In this document: piece after piece, positions 8,278 to 17,126 of the stretch | How the letters are laid out: every line of letters begins with the position of its first letter | How positions within the stretch are numbered: the first letter of the stretch is position 1 | Source of the DNA: a virus | IMG/VR virus record: IMGVR_UViG_3300029982_000012 | Direction: 5' to 3' (one strand) | Length of the DNA: 64,000 nt | Translations under genes and position numbers: made by a program | Notes under the pieces: generated by a model | Databases searched by the model: none | The model's input: the letters and a program-made list of their open reading frames with translations, nothing else | What the model was told of the DNA's origin: nothing

Positions 8278-10617
8278 GTGCTTATACCAAAAAAACTAAA
8301 ATTTAAAGCTGTAGGTAGATTCGTAGAAGAACAAGTTCTGGACTTTACCGCTCTCGGTTCCTTCATTCAAGTTGACGCCAAGAACAATAACACTGGTGGA
8401 TCTTCTGGAAGTGGCAAGACTACTCTATTTAGAGTATTAGAGTATAACCTGGGCCTGAATGACCTGTCCACATCTCTCCTACAATCTAGGCTAACAAAAG
8501 ACTCCATTTCTACTACTGGCGAATACGATTGGGATGGCACTCCAGTCATAATTGAACGGAACAAATCGAAGTTATCGATTACAGTAGGCGATCAGGTAAC
8601 TACCGGTAGCTCTAAAATTACTGAAGAAAAGTTAGATGAAATTCTAGGTATGCCTAGAGATCTATTTAGAAAGATTCTCCATAAAAGACAGGGCGAGGGA
8701 GGATTTTTCTTGGACATGGGACCATCCGATGTCCACAAGTTTCTAACGAGTTGCTTGAAATTAGAAGATGAGCAAAAGAAAATCCTGAAACTGGACGATA
8801 TCCTCAAAAACCTATCTAGTAAAGAGATTTCTCTTAAATCAGAAGTCGAATCTAATAGAATGGGGCTTGAGGCATCAAGAAATGCCCTAAATAGCCTTGG
8901 AGAGACCCCTAAACCGTCTTTTAATGCAGATTACATCGAGTTGCTAAAGATTGAACACCTCAACGCTACTGACCGATATGATATCGCGGCGAGTGCTTAT
9001 CACAACGAAAAAATGGAACTGGAACGGTCTAGACCCATAACATCAGTGTCTCCTTTTGACAGAAGTTCAATAGAAAAGGCCGAAGTCGAGATCAAGGAAA
9101 TTCAAAAAAAGACGAGTGCCTTAGAATCTGCCGAACTTTCAAGACAATCTGAAGTCAAAAGTCAGATCGAACAGATTTCAAAGAAAATAGGTGATCTAGA
9201 GTTTTCGGAATCTTCAAGACAGTCTGAAGTTAGGAACAAAATAACTTCTTCACAATTGGAAATCTCCAATTTACAGAAAATTGAGCAAAATAGACAAGCG
9301 GAAATCAATGCTAAGATTTCTACCAATAGACTCGAATACAATAAAGCCTCAAATTTGGTTCAAAAAGGCGACCAGGCTAAAGAAGAGGCCAAGAAGTTGG
9401 CTGTGGAATTAAATAAGATTAGGGCCTCAATTTGCCCCACCTGTGAACAGGGATGGATTACAGAGTCCGTTAAGACCAAAGAAGCAGAGATCCTTAATAA
9501 ATTAGGAGAGCACAGGGCAACAGTCCTTGCTGGCGCTGAAGCCCAAAAGACCAAAGCAAGTCTGAATGAACAACACGCAGTTCTTCTTTTGGAAGTTGGT
9601 CCGCGTACAGTACCAGAAATCAATGATCTGACAAATAAGATCGCTCAATTAAGATTAGACTCAACTCCTAAAGAAATCCCAGAAGTTTCTGGTCTCAAAG
9701 CACAAATCGTTCAATTGAGATTGGACGGTACCCCTAAAGTTATTCCAGAAGTATTGGAACTTAAAGGACAATCTGAACTTAAAGAAAAAGAACTTCAAGC
9801 GTTTCGCCAACAAGAGCGAGATCATCAATCTAAAGAAAACACTAAAAATCAAGAAATACTTGCTGAATTTGCAAGAAAACAAACTCAACTGGTGGAAAAA
9901 CATGAACCAAACATCAAGGCGTTTTTAGAACAAAAGAATAAGGCTCTTTCAGACCGTGAGATGGCCGAACTTAAAATTAGATCGTTTGAAGCAGAACTTA
10001 AAAGATATTTAGATTCTTCAGTCAAACTCAATACCCAATTCGTCGATTACGCGCATATCGTGACTCAAAAATCAACTGATTTAGTTTCTATCCAAGAAGA
10101 AATCGAGATCGTAGAAGAATCCAAGAAAGCTATAAAAAGCCACTTATCCTGTTCATTCGATGATGCCCTAGAGTCTATTGGCGATAAGGCCACAAGGCTT
10201 ATTAGGCTAATCCCTAATATGTCCAATGCCACTATACAGTTTGAGGGCACCAAGGAGACCAAGGAAGGCAAGGTTAAGGAAGAAGTCGTCTGTATGGTTA
10301 GTATGGACGGTGAAATTGGAGTGCCTCTTAAATCGCTTTCTGGGGGCGAAAGATCTAGTTGTGACATGTGCGTAGATTTAAGTATCATTAAATTCATTGA
10401 AGAGACTACCGGTAAGGGTATTGGGATGTATATTATCGATGAGGGTTTCAATGGGCTAGATACCACCTGCATCCAGGATGCATTAGAGATGCTTAGAGAA
10501 TATAGTGTTGACAAAAAACTATTTTTAGTAGAACATAATCCTATAGTGTCTGAATCCATTGAAAATAGAATTTTAGTGGTGAGAGATGGTTTGACTAGTA
10601 AGATTATTCAGCAATAA
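8278..10617 (+). CDS. sbcC: SbcC/Rad50 (gp46-like) SMC-type ATPase
   Basis: SGSGKTT Walker A, long coiled coil with CPTC zinc hook, LSGGE signature, IIDEGF Walker B, VEH. Confidence 0.93.
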   Translation: MLIPKKLKFKAVGRFVEEQVLDFTALGSFIQVDAKNNNTGGSSGSGKTTLFRVLEYNLGLNDLSTSLLQSRLTKDSISTTGEYDWDGTPVIIERNKSKLSITVGDQVTTGSSKITEEKLDEILGMPRDLFRKILHKRQGEGGFFLDMGPSDVHKFLTSCLKLEDEQKKILKLDDILKNLSSKEISLKSEVESNRMGLEASRNALNSLGETPKPSFNADYIELLKIEHLNATDRYDIAASAYHNEKMELERSRPITSVSPFDRSSIEKAEVEIKEIQKKTSALESAELSRQSEVKSQIEQISKKIGDLEFSESSRQSEVRNKITSSQLEISNLQKIEQNRQAEINAKISTNRLEYNKASNLVQKGDQAKEEAKKLAVELNKIRASICPTCEQGWITESVKTKEAEILNKLGEHRATVLAGAEAQKTKASLNEQHAVLLLEVGPRTVPEINDLTNKIAQLRLDSTPKEIPEVSGLKAQIVQLRLDGTPKVIPEVLELKGQSELKEKELQAFRQQERDHQSKENTKNQEILAEFARKQTQLVEKHEPNIKAFLEQKNKALSDREMAELKIRSFEAELKRYLDSSVKLNTQFVDYAHIVTQKSTDLVSIQEEIEIVEESKKAIKSHLSCSFDDALESIGDKATRLIRLIPNMSNATIQFEGTKETKEGKVKEEVVCMVSMDGEIGVPLKSLSGGERSSCDMCVDLSIIKFIEETTGKGIGMYIIDEGFNGLDTTCIQDALEMLREYSVDKKLFLVEHNPIVSESIENRILVVRDGLTSKIIQQ

Positions 10618-10629
10618 TATGGGGTTACG

Positions 10630-11010
10630 GTGATACTACTTGAATTGACAGAAGAAGAACTAAATATTATTAAGAAAGCGATTATTACAGAGCATAAATT
10701 AGATGAACAGTTACTGTTTAACGAAAAACAGAAAAAAGAGCGTCTCTGCCTATCTACATTAACTAAAATCGAACTTACAACGCTCGCGCAAAAAGACACA
10801 CTGATTAAATACGATGACTTTGAAAATATGGTTAGCATAGCAAAACAAAACTACGTAAGGTTAGGGACAGAGGTCTTTCTTTCGAATAAGAAAGTGGAAG
10901 AGAATTATTTTGTCTATCTGTGTTTTTTAGAAGCTTTTACTTCTTGGTTAAACGAAAAGAATTTGCTTAAACGATTAGCCCGTTTTGATTTTACTGATAA
11001 AAGATGGTGA
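10630..11010 (+). CDS. hypothetical protein
   Basis: ORF in operon context. Confidence 0.65.
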   Translation: MILLELTEEELNIIKKAIITEHKLDEQLLFNEKQKKERLCLSTLTKIELTTLAQKDTLIKYDDFENMVSIAKQNYVRLGTEVFLSNKKVEENYFVYLCFLEAFTSWLNEKNLLKRLARFDFTDKRW

Positions 11011-11013
11011 TTT

Positions 11014-11358
11014 ATGAAATGTAAATGTGGAGAACAGGGAGAACTTAAAGTCTTTAATACTTTTCAGTATTATTTTTGCAATAAATGCAAAAAGGAGATA
11101 GAAGAGTGTAAAATTGAAGAAAATCCCAACAATGCTAGCGTTGATGATTTCTATCTTGATTTGGCAGAACAAAATATTAAAAGCGCCTTAAAGAACATAA
11201 ATGATTATTTTCAGCGTGATCAGGGCCAAAAAATAACCATTACTATTCCAACAAGTACCAAACTTCATTATAAAATTTATAGAAATACACAGGGTATTTA
11301 TAGAGAGTTACATGTCAAAAGTGACAGTAAAAACTGGGAAATAATCGAAAGGAAATAA
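11014..11358 (+). CDS. hypothetical protein with N-terminal zinc ribbon
   Basis: MKCKCG...YYFCNKCK. Confidence 0.6.
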   Translation: MKCKCGEQGELKVFNTFQYYFCNKCKKEIEECKIEENPNNASVDDFYLDLAEQNIKSALKNINDYFQRDQGQKITITIPTSTKLHYKIYRNTQGIYRELHVKSDSKNWEIIERK

Positions 11359-11359
11359 T

Positions 11360-11662
11360 ATGGGTCGTCCAAAAAAACAACCGTTATCAGAAATGCAGAA
11401 AATGGCTAAGAAAATTGGTACAGATGGAGAGGATGTTCTCCGAGAACTAGAAGGTATGTCTGTACCTGAAATCAATAAACGTATTGCGCAAGCAAATCAG
11501 GCTATCTCAGAAACCAAAGAGGAGTTGGAAGCTAACGATAAATATACGGCAGCAAAGAATGATGTTAAACTCCTCAGTTCTGGATTCCGTGAAGTAAAGG
11601 CTCGCCAGAACGCAATTATCGGTGTTGCAGTGAAACTTCGCCAAGAAAAAGGCGAGTCTTAA
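11360..11662 (+). CDS. hypothetical coiled-coil protein
   Basis: AAGGA SD; helical heptads. Confidence 0.7.
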   Translation: MGRPKKQPLSEMQKMAKKIGTDGEDVLRELEGMSVPEINKRIAQANQAISETKEELEANDKYTAAKNDVKLLSSGFREVKARQNAIIGVAVKLRQEKGES

Positions 11663-11671
11663 TTGGCTAAG

Positions 11672-11803
11672 ATGAAAGAATGGACTAAGATCAGGCTCAT
11701 GTATGTTCTTAGTCCAGTAATTTTTGTTGGAATTATAGCCTATGGAGCTATTCTCGACATTAGCGACCAAATTTCGACTAAATTGCGTAGGTTTAAGAAA
11801 TAG
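11672..11803 (+). CDS. small single-pass membrane protein (43 aa)
   Basis: Below the ORF-track cutoff: MKEWTKIRLMYVLSPVIFVGIIAYGAILDISDQISTKLRRFKK fills the gap exactly. Confidence 0.55.
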   Translation: MKEWTKIRLMYVLSPVIFVGIIAYGAILDISDQISTKLRRFKK

Positions 11804-11806
11804 GAT

Positions 11807-12472
11807 ATGGATACCAAACGAATACTTAGTATTGATCTCAGCACAAAAACAGGTTGGGCTTCAGTAATAAGTTCGGATGTGGGTATTGAATTGGAAGGTT
11901 ACGGTATGATTCCCCAAATTCCACAACCGAATGGTCCTTATCCATCATGTTTTATTGATTGGGCCTATTTGGTATTTAATGGTATAGAAGGACTTATAGA
12001 GAAATTTAGACCTGATATGCTTGCCATAGAAGAAACTGTGGCGGGATCAAAAGCAGTATATAGCCAAAAGATTTTAGAATATTCTCATTTTTTACTTGCT
12101 AAATACATAAAAGAGAATAATATAGAATCTATATACTTACTAACGGGCGCTTGGAGAAGTGAAGTTGGCTGCAAAATGACCAAAGAAGAATCTAAACATA
12201 ATAAGGAAGTTAGGGCCTATAAGACTAAACATGGCACCAAGTTAGCTCGTGATATAAACGGTAAGATTGTTGGTAAGTTAACCAAGAAGCATATCAATAT
12301 TAGGAGAGCAAATGAAGTGTTCGGTTCTTTTTTGAGAGAGCCTCTTAGAAAAAAGAATGAAGATGAAGCCGACGCACTTTTACTAGCGTTCGCACTACAT
12401 CTTAGAAGACTTAATAAAAATAAGTCTGAAGAAGTGACCATAGAAGAACTTTTAGAGAAAGATAAGTTATGA
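11807..12472 (+). CDS. RuvC-like Holliday junction resolvase
   Basis: ILSIDLSTKTGWA, LAIEE and DEADALLLA catalytic acidic motifs. Confidence 0.8.
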   Translation: MDTKRILSIDLSTKTGWASVISSDVGIELEGYGMIPQIPQPNGPYPSCFIDWAYLVFNGIEGLIEKFRPDMLAIEETVAGSKAVYSQKILEYSHFLLAKYIKENNIESIYLLTGAWRSEVGCKMTKEESKHNKEVRAYKTKHGTKLARDINGKIVGKLTKKHINIRRANEVFGSFLREPLRKKNEDEADALLLAFALHLRRLNKNKSEEVTIEELLEKDKL

Positions 12473-13341
12473 GTGGATTTTGGGAAAAAACGATTAATAC
12501 GGAATCAAATATAAGAGCCTACGAATCTATCGCGCCAGAACCTTTGGTGTTAGACGAAGAAGCTGTATCTGAAATTCAAGAAGAACACTTTGACGTATAT
12601 GAGGAAGAGGAAGATGACATTTCTGTAGTCATGGCAGATGCAAATCTTCGCCTTGAGATGGGTCGTCTATATCAAATGATTCTTGAAAATGATATTTTTG
12701 CCCAAACGAACGCTGATCCTCGTGCGATTAAAAACGTACAAAGAGAGATTCGTCGTCTGGTTAGAGAGAAACTGGAAATCATGCTAGGTATTCGCCAAGA
12801 TCAACCTACGCAACAACAAACCATTGTTTCGTCGCCATTTAACGATATGGAAGTTAGCGCCTTAAAAATGCTTGCTTCTAAGATCACAAAGGGAGCCACT
12901 GAAGAAGTTGAATATAGTCGAAATACCCCAGTACCAGTTCCACAACCTAAAAAGAACGGTATTACCGCAATTAGCGGTGAACTTAGACCACAGACTACTC
13001 CTGTACTAAAAGCACCTGAGCGACGCCCAGTAACCAAAAGTTCTTCGCAAACTCCTGCTAAAAGACCAGAGCCTAAAAAAGGTGAACCAATTATTAAGTC
13101 CGCAATATCAAATCCAGAAGGAGATTCGCTATTAAAAAAACCAATTAACGAAATGACCCCGGAAGAATTAGTGGAATATGATAAACAAGCGCTTGAGAGA
13201 CGGTCAAAAAACAAAGCCGCCTTACCTTCAAATCTTGTTCCTCATCCTTCACCCCAAGAATTAGAACTTAGATATATGGCCCATGCTGACCAATTTAGTG
13301 CGGTAGCAAACACCATAAATTTAATTTCTGGTAATAAATAA
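12469..13341 (+). CDS. hypothetical protein
   Basis: 290-aa ORF with ATGA overlap. Confidence 0.75.
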   Translation: MSGFWEKTINTESNIRAYESIAPEPLVLDEEAVSEIQEEHFDVYEEEEDDISVVMADANLRLEMGRLYQMILENDIFAQTNADPRAIKNVQREIRRLVREKLEIMLGIRQDQPTQQQTIVSSPFNDMEVSALKMLASKITKGATEEVEYSRNTPVPVPQPKKNGITAISGELRPQTTPVLKAPERRPVTKSSSQTPAKRPEPKKGEPIIKSAISNPEGDSLLKKPINEMTPEELVEYDKQALERRSKNKAALPSNLVPHPSPQELELRYMAHADQFSAVANTINLISGNK

Positions 13342-13372
13342 GTAGATAAATAAAAACAAGGAGAAAAATAAA

Positions 13373-14152
13373 ATGTCAGATAACAAAGATACACGAACTG
13401 CTGGTCAAAAAATTGAAGATCTTGAACGAGTGGTGTCAATGCTATATCAATCCGTAGGATCTCTAGATGGGGCCGTTAAATCCCTATTAGGAACCCAAAG
13501 GGATATGGTTTTGGTACGGGATGCTTTACGCCTACTAAACAAAAAAACCGAAGCAATTATTCAGACAGCAAAAGAAGAGTCTGGAATTTCTGCCTCTAAT
13601 GTATCGGCCCTAGTAATTCAAATGAATGTTGAGGATTTAAAAACTCAAGTCCAAGAATATATCAGCCGAGGAAATTTAACTCCAGCAGATGAAGTGTCTG
13701 CCACAAGTTACTTGGTTTGCGAAGAGCAAAATCTAGATGGAACAATTGCGAATCCACGAATTCAATTCCGTTTAGATTCTCAAGATGCGGATACCCAAGC
13801 TACCTTGACTGGTAAGAAAGTTGGAGATACAGTTTCTTTTGGTGAAGGAAAGTATAGCGCTAAGATTCTTGAAATCTACACTTTGGTAGACAATCCAGGT
13901 GCTGCTCAAAATGCTCCCGCTCCCGCTGCAGAGACTCAGGCCCCTACAGATCAAGCAAGTAGCGATACTTCTGCCCAATCAGCAGCGCCAGCCGATGAGA
14001 CTCCTGCTCCAACCCAAACTCCTCAAGCAGCAACACCTGCAGCCCCAGCACAAAACAGTCTTCCACAAGAAACTCCGGTAGCTTTTGGATTAAGTTTTCA
14101 TGGACAACCCGAAGCCGAACTATCTGCTCCGAGCACTCCAGGTCAGAATTAA
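13373..14152 (+). CDS. coiled-coil plus GreA/GreB-C-terminal/FKBP-like domain protein with Ala/Pro/Gln tail
   Basis: LTGKKVGDTVSFGEGKYSAKILEIY resembles Gre C-terminal LLGKKVGDTVEV...YEILEI; AAGGAG SD. Confidence 0.5.
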   Translation: MSDNKDTRTAGQKIEDLERVVSMLYQSVGSLDGAVKSLLGTQRDMVLVRDALRLLNKKTEAIIQTAKEESGISASNVSALVIQMNVEDLKTQVQEYISRGNLTPADEVSATSYLVCEEQNLDGTIANPRIQFRLDSQDADTQATLTGKKVGDTVSFGEGKYSAKILEIYTLVDNPGAAQNAPAPAAETQAPTDQASSDTSAQSAAPADETPAPTQTPQAATPAAPAQNSLPQETPVAFGLSFHGQPEAELSAPSTPGQN

Positions 14153-14173
14153 TCTGACTCCTACAACACAAAT

Positions 14174-14208
14174 AATAAGGGTAAAACATGGACGGTTTTA
14201 CCCTTATT
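14174..14208. terminator. perfect 14-bp inverted repeat (terminator or processing hairpin)
   Basis: AATAAGGGTAAAAC-atggacg-GTTTTACCCTTATT immediately after ORF 13373. Confidence 0.6.
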
Positions 14209-14223
14209 TAAGAAGGCTAAATC

Positions 14224-15048
14224 ATGAAAAAAGACGGACCAAAAATTTTAATATTTGATATTGAGACCGCGCCAATGTTGGCCTATGTTTGGAGTATTTG
14301 GGATCAAAATGTTGGTCTGAATCAAATTAAACAGGATTGGCATCTTCTTAGTTGGTCAGCAAAATGGCTGCAGTCCGAAGACCGAAAACGACTTTATGGT
14401 CCCCATTCCAAAATAATGTACATGGACCAATCTAAAGAAAAAGTTCTAACTAACGATAAGAAAATATTAGAGGGCATTTGGAAACTTCTTGATGAAGCAG
14501 ATATTGTCATTACCCAAAATGGGGTTAAATTTGACAGTAAAAAATTAAATGCACGGTTCGTTCTTAATGGAATGCAACCTCCAAGTTCTTATAAACATAT
14601 AGACACTTTTCAAATAGCTAAGAGATATTTTGGTTTTACTAGTAACAAACTAGAATATATGTCGGATAAACTTTGCGTTAAATACAAAAAACAAACAAAA
14701 CGTAAATATTCAGGCTTTGAACTATGGAAAGAATGCTTATCTGGGAACAAAGATGCCTGGAGAGAAATGCAAAAATACAATAAATACGATGTCTTATCCT
14801 TGGAAGAACTGTATCATAAGTTAATTCCATGGGATAATTCAATTAATTTCGATATTTACAGAGAAGACCATGAAATTACCTGTAAGTGTGGTAGCAAAGA
14901 ATTCCAAAGAAATGGGTACTTTTATACTGCAACTGCCAAATACCAACGATTTAAGTGCTCTAAGTGCGGGTCTGAAACCAGAAGTCGTAAGAATTTGCTT
15001 TCAAAAGAAAAAAACGAAACTATTAGAGCTAAAACTATTAGAACTTAA
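14224..15048 (+). CDS. DEDDy/RNase H-like 3'-5' exonuclease with C-terminal zinc ribbon
   Basis: IFDIET, QNGVKFD, YNKYDV; CKCG...CSKCG. Confidence 0.85.
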   Translation: MKKDGPKILIFDIETAPMLAYVWSIWDQNVGLNQIKQDWHLLSWSAKWLQSEDRKRLYGPHSKIMYMDQSKEKVLTNDKKILEGIWKLLDEADIVITQNGVKFDSKKLNARFVLNGMQPPSSYKHIDTFQIAKRYFGFTSNKLEYMSDKLCVKYKKQTKRKYSGFELWKECLSGNKDAWREMQKYNKYDVLSLEELYHKLIPWDNSINFDIYREDHEITCKCGSKEFQRNGYFYTATAKYQRFKCSKCGSETRSRKNLLSKEKNETIRAKTIRT

Positions 15049-15054
15049 CTTTTC

Positions 15055-15062
15055 ATGATATA
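15055..15062 (+). promoter_or_regulatory. RYGATATA motif upstream of the 15088/15479 operon
   Basis: ATGATATA (here also reads as an extended -10, TGATATAAT). Confidence 0.55.
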
Positions 15063-15087
15063 ATCTGTCTAAGGATAGGACGATTTC

Positions 15088-15477
15088 GTGAATAAAGCCG
15101 AAGAACTTGACAAATTAGATAAAGAAATAAAAACTGCTGAAACAAGCCAGAAGTCTATTCAGACCAATATTGATCAGTTATCCAAAGAAATCAATATATT
15201 AAATAAACAAAAAATAGAATTAGAACAAAATCTAGAATTCCATAAAAGAGTTGGTGTAATTCCGCTTGCTCATGAGTACGGGAAATCTAAGAGAGAATTA
15301 ACCAAAGTCACAAATCGTCTTAACCTTATTACGAGTGACCATAGTAAATCCGTCCAAGGTCTTGATCGTGTTAAGGAAATCATAGTAAAATTTAGAAGGG
15401 ACTACATGAGACTATTAAACTCAAATGAGGATAATGTCGTGCGAGCCATTTTTGGAGTTAAACGTGGAAAGAAGTGA
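15088..15477 (+). CDS. coiled-coil hypothetical protein
   Basis: Heptad-rich ORF with AGGA SD. Confidence 0.7.
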   Translation: MNKAEELDKLDKEIKTAETSQKSIQTNIDQLSKEINILNKQKIELEQNLEFHKRVGVIPLAHEYGKSKRELTKVTNRLNLITSDHSKSVQGLDRVKEIIVKFRRDYMRLLNSNEDNVVRAIFGVKRGKK

Positions 15478-15478
15478 A

Positions 15479-15679
15479 ATGGAAAAAAAAGTAAGAGAAG
15501 AAGATGATTTCATCCATTCTCCAAAGTTCGGGAATAGCATCAAAAGATTTTTAGCAAAAATGGAAAATCCACCAGAAAATACAACCATTGGGCGACTCCT
15601 TTTACTTTCAGAAGAAGAAGTCGAAAAACTATACCAGGAATCAGTTGTAATCCTTCGAGAAAAAATGCTTAATAAATAG
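15479..15679 (+). CDS. stand-alone sigma region-4-like HTH protein (66 aa)
   Basis: Start ATG 15479. TTIGRLLLLSEEEVEKLYQESVVILREKM fits the sigma-4.2 pattern xEIGxLLxxSxxxVxxxxxxAxxxLRxxL. Confidence 0.55.
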   Translation: MEKKVREEDDFIHSPKFGNSIKRFLAKMENPPENTTIGRLLLLSEEEVEKLYQESVVILREKMLNK

Positions 15680-15682
15680 ATA

Positions 15683-15712
15683 TTGACTTTAAGCCAAAAT
15701 ACCATATACTAT
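15683..15712 (+). promoter_or_regulatory. sigma-70-type promoter (leaderless)
   Basis: TTGACT-16/18-TATACT/TACTAT, 6-8 nt before ATG 15719. Confidence 0.6.
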
Positions 15713-15718
15713 TATGGT

Positions 15719-16354
15719 ATGTCAAATTACCTCTGTTGCATGGATAGTGAAACTGGCGGCCTAAATCCCAAAGAAGCAGATATCCTAACTCTGTTCATGG
15801 CCTTAACTGATGAAAATCTTAAGGTCATAGCTGAATTAGATCTAAAACTTAAACCCAATGATAGAAATCCCACAGCAGATGAGGGCGCTTTAAAGGTCAA
15901 TAAAATTGATATTAAGGCCCATCTAAACGATCCCAATACGATAACATATAAAGAAGCAAAAACTAAAATTATTGATTTTGTCACGCCATTCCTTAAAAAA
16001 ACTGGTCGTCATAGTAATTTGATTGTGCTCGGCCAGAATGTGGCTTTTGATTTGGATTTTATTTGGGAACATATCATTCCAAAAAATGAATGGAACGGCC
16101 TTTTTAGTTACAATGTAGAAGACACAAAGACAGCATCGTTATTCTTGAAAAGATGTGGATGGTTGCCCTCGGATATCGGTACTCTTAAGAGTTTGGTAGA
16201 ATTCTTTGGAATCGCAAAGCGTGAAGCCCATGAAGCTAAGGGCGACGTACATATGACAATCGATGTTTACAAGGCAATGATTTCTCTTATGGAAAGCAAA
16301 AAAGATAGCGGTGGCCAAACGCAAGATCTAATCAGTCTTCTGGAGGCAGAATGA
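15719..16354 (+). CDS. DEDDh (DnaQ/epsilon-like) 3'-5' exonuclease
   Basis: MDSETGG, GQNVAFDL, HEAKGDV; lies just upstream of dnaE. Confidence 0.88.
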   Translation: MSNYLCCMDSETGGLNPKEADILTLFMALTDENLKVIAELDLKLKPNDRNPTADEGALKVNKIDIKAHLNDPNTITYKEAKTKIIDFVTPFLKKTGRHSNLIVLGQNVAFDLDFIWEHIIPKNEWNGLFSYNVEDTKTASLFLKRCGWLPSDIGTLKSLVEFFGIAKREAHEAKGDVHMTIDVYKAMISLMESKKDSGGQTQDLISLLEAE

Positions 16355-16914
16355 ACATCAAAGTAACGCGCTCACAAACTGAAACCTACAAGGTCTATAT
16401 TGACAATCGTTGGCAGGCAACCATCATGATCGAAGATTCTTCTGGACTTCTTTCGATTCAATCGGAATATGGGCATTTTAGTCACTACTGGGGAACCGGT
16501 GGAAGATCAGCCGGAAACACTTTTAAACAGGAACTATTACGCTTTGGACTAGATTACGTACAAAATAAACTCAGTTACAATGACGATTTAGGTCATTGGT
16601 TTAATTTCGACGAAACAGTAAAAAGAATTAGACAAGACATTCTTGAGAAACGTAGAGAACGTAGAATTGAATCTCCAGATGCTAGAGTCTTGTGGTATGA
16701 AGCAGACAATCTTGAGGAATGCAAGACTTCATCGGAATTTGCCCATCAATTGTTTGCTAAATATAGCCTTATGACAGAGCTGTATGATGGAGACTATCTT
16801 GCTATCCCTATTATTACAGAAACACACCCAAGACTTAGGAAATTCATGGAAGTGGTTTACCCAATTTTTAAAGCAGAACTTGCTAAAGAAGAAGCGTGTT
16901 TGGAGACAGTATGA
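16351..16914 (+). CDS. hypothetical phage protein
   Basis: GGAGG SD, ATGA overlap. Confidence 0.75.
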   Translation: MNIKVTRSQTETYKVYIDNRWQATIMIEDSSGLLSIQSEYGHFSHYWGTGGRSAGNTFKQELLRFGLDYVQNKLSYNDDLGHWFNFDETVKRIRQDILEKRRERRIESPDARVLWYEADNLEECKTSSEFAHQLFAKYSLMTELYDGDYLAIPIITETHPRLRKFMEVVYPIFKAELAKEEACLETV

Positions 16915-17126
16915 AAATATGGTTTGATTATTGTAGCATGGAACATTTCCATGATGATTTTTACAACATAAAACTTGGTATTGGTTGGTATCGTCACGCC
17001 AAAACACACAAATGGTGGGGTTTTACGGTAGAATTTTATTTCTTTAAGTGGGTTGTATTCGTAAACTACGTAAGTAATTGGAATGAATATGACAAGAAAG
17101 TCAATTATAGAAAATACAAAAAATGA
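16911..17126 (+). CDS. aromatic-rich hypothetical protein
   Basis: ATGA-coupled at both ends. Confidence 0.6.
   Translation: MKIWFDYCSMEHFHDDFYNIKLGIGWYRHAKTHKWWGFTVEFYFFKWVVFVNYVSNWNEYDKKVNYRKYKK

Noticed and set aside
12249-12256. GTGATATA inside the RuvC-like gene
   Set aside because: Intragenic and over 200 nt from the next start; may be chance in AT-rich DNA, so not counted as a promoter.
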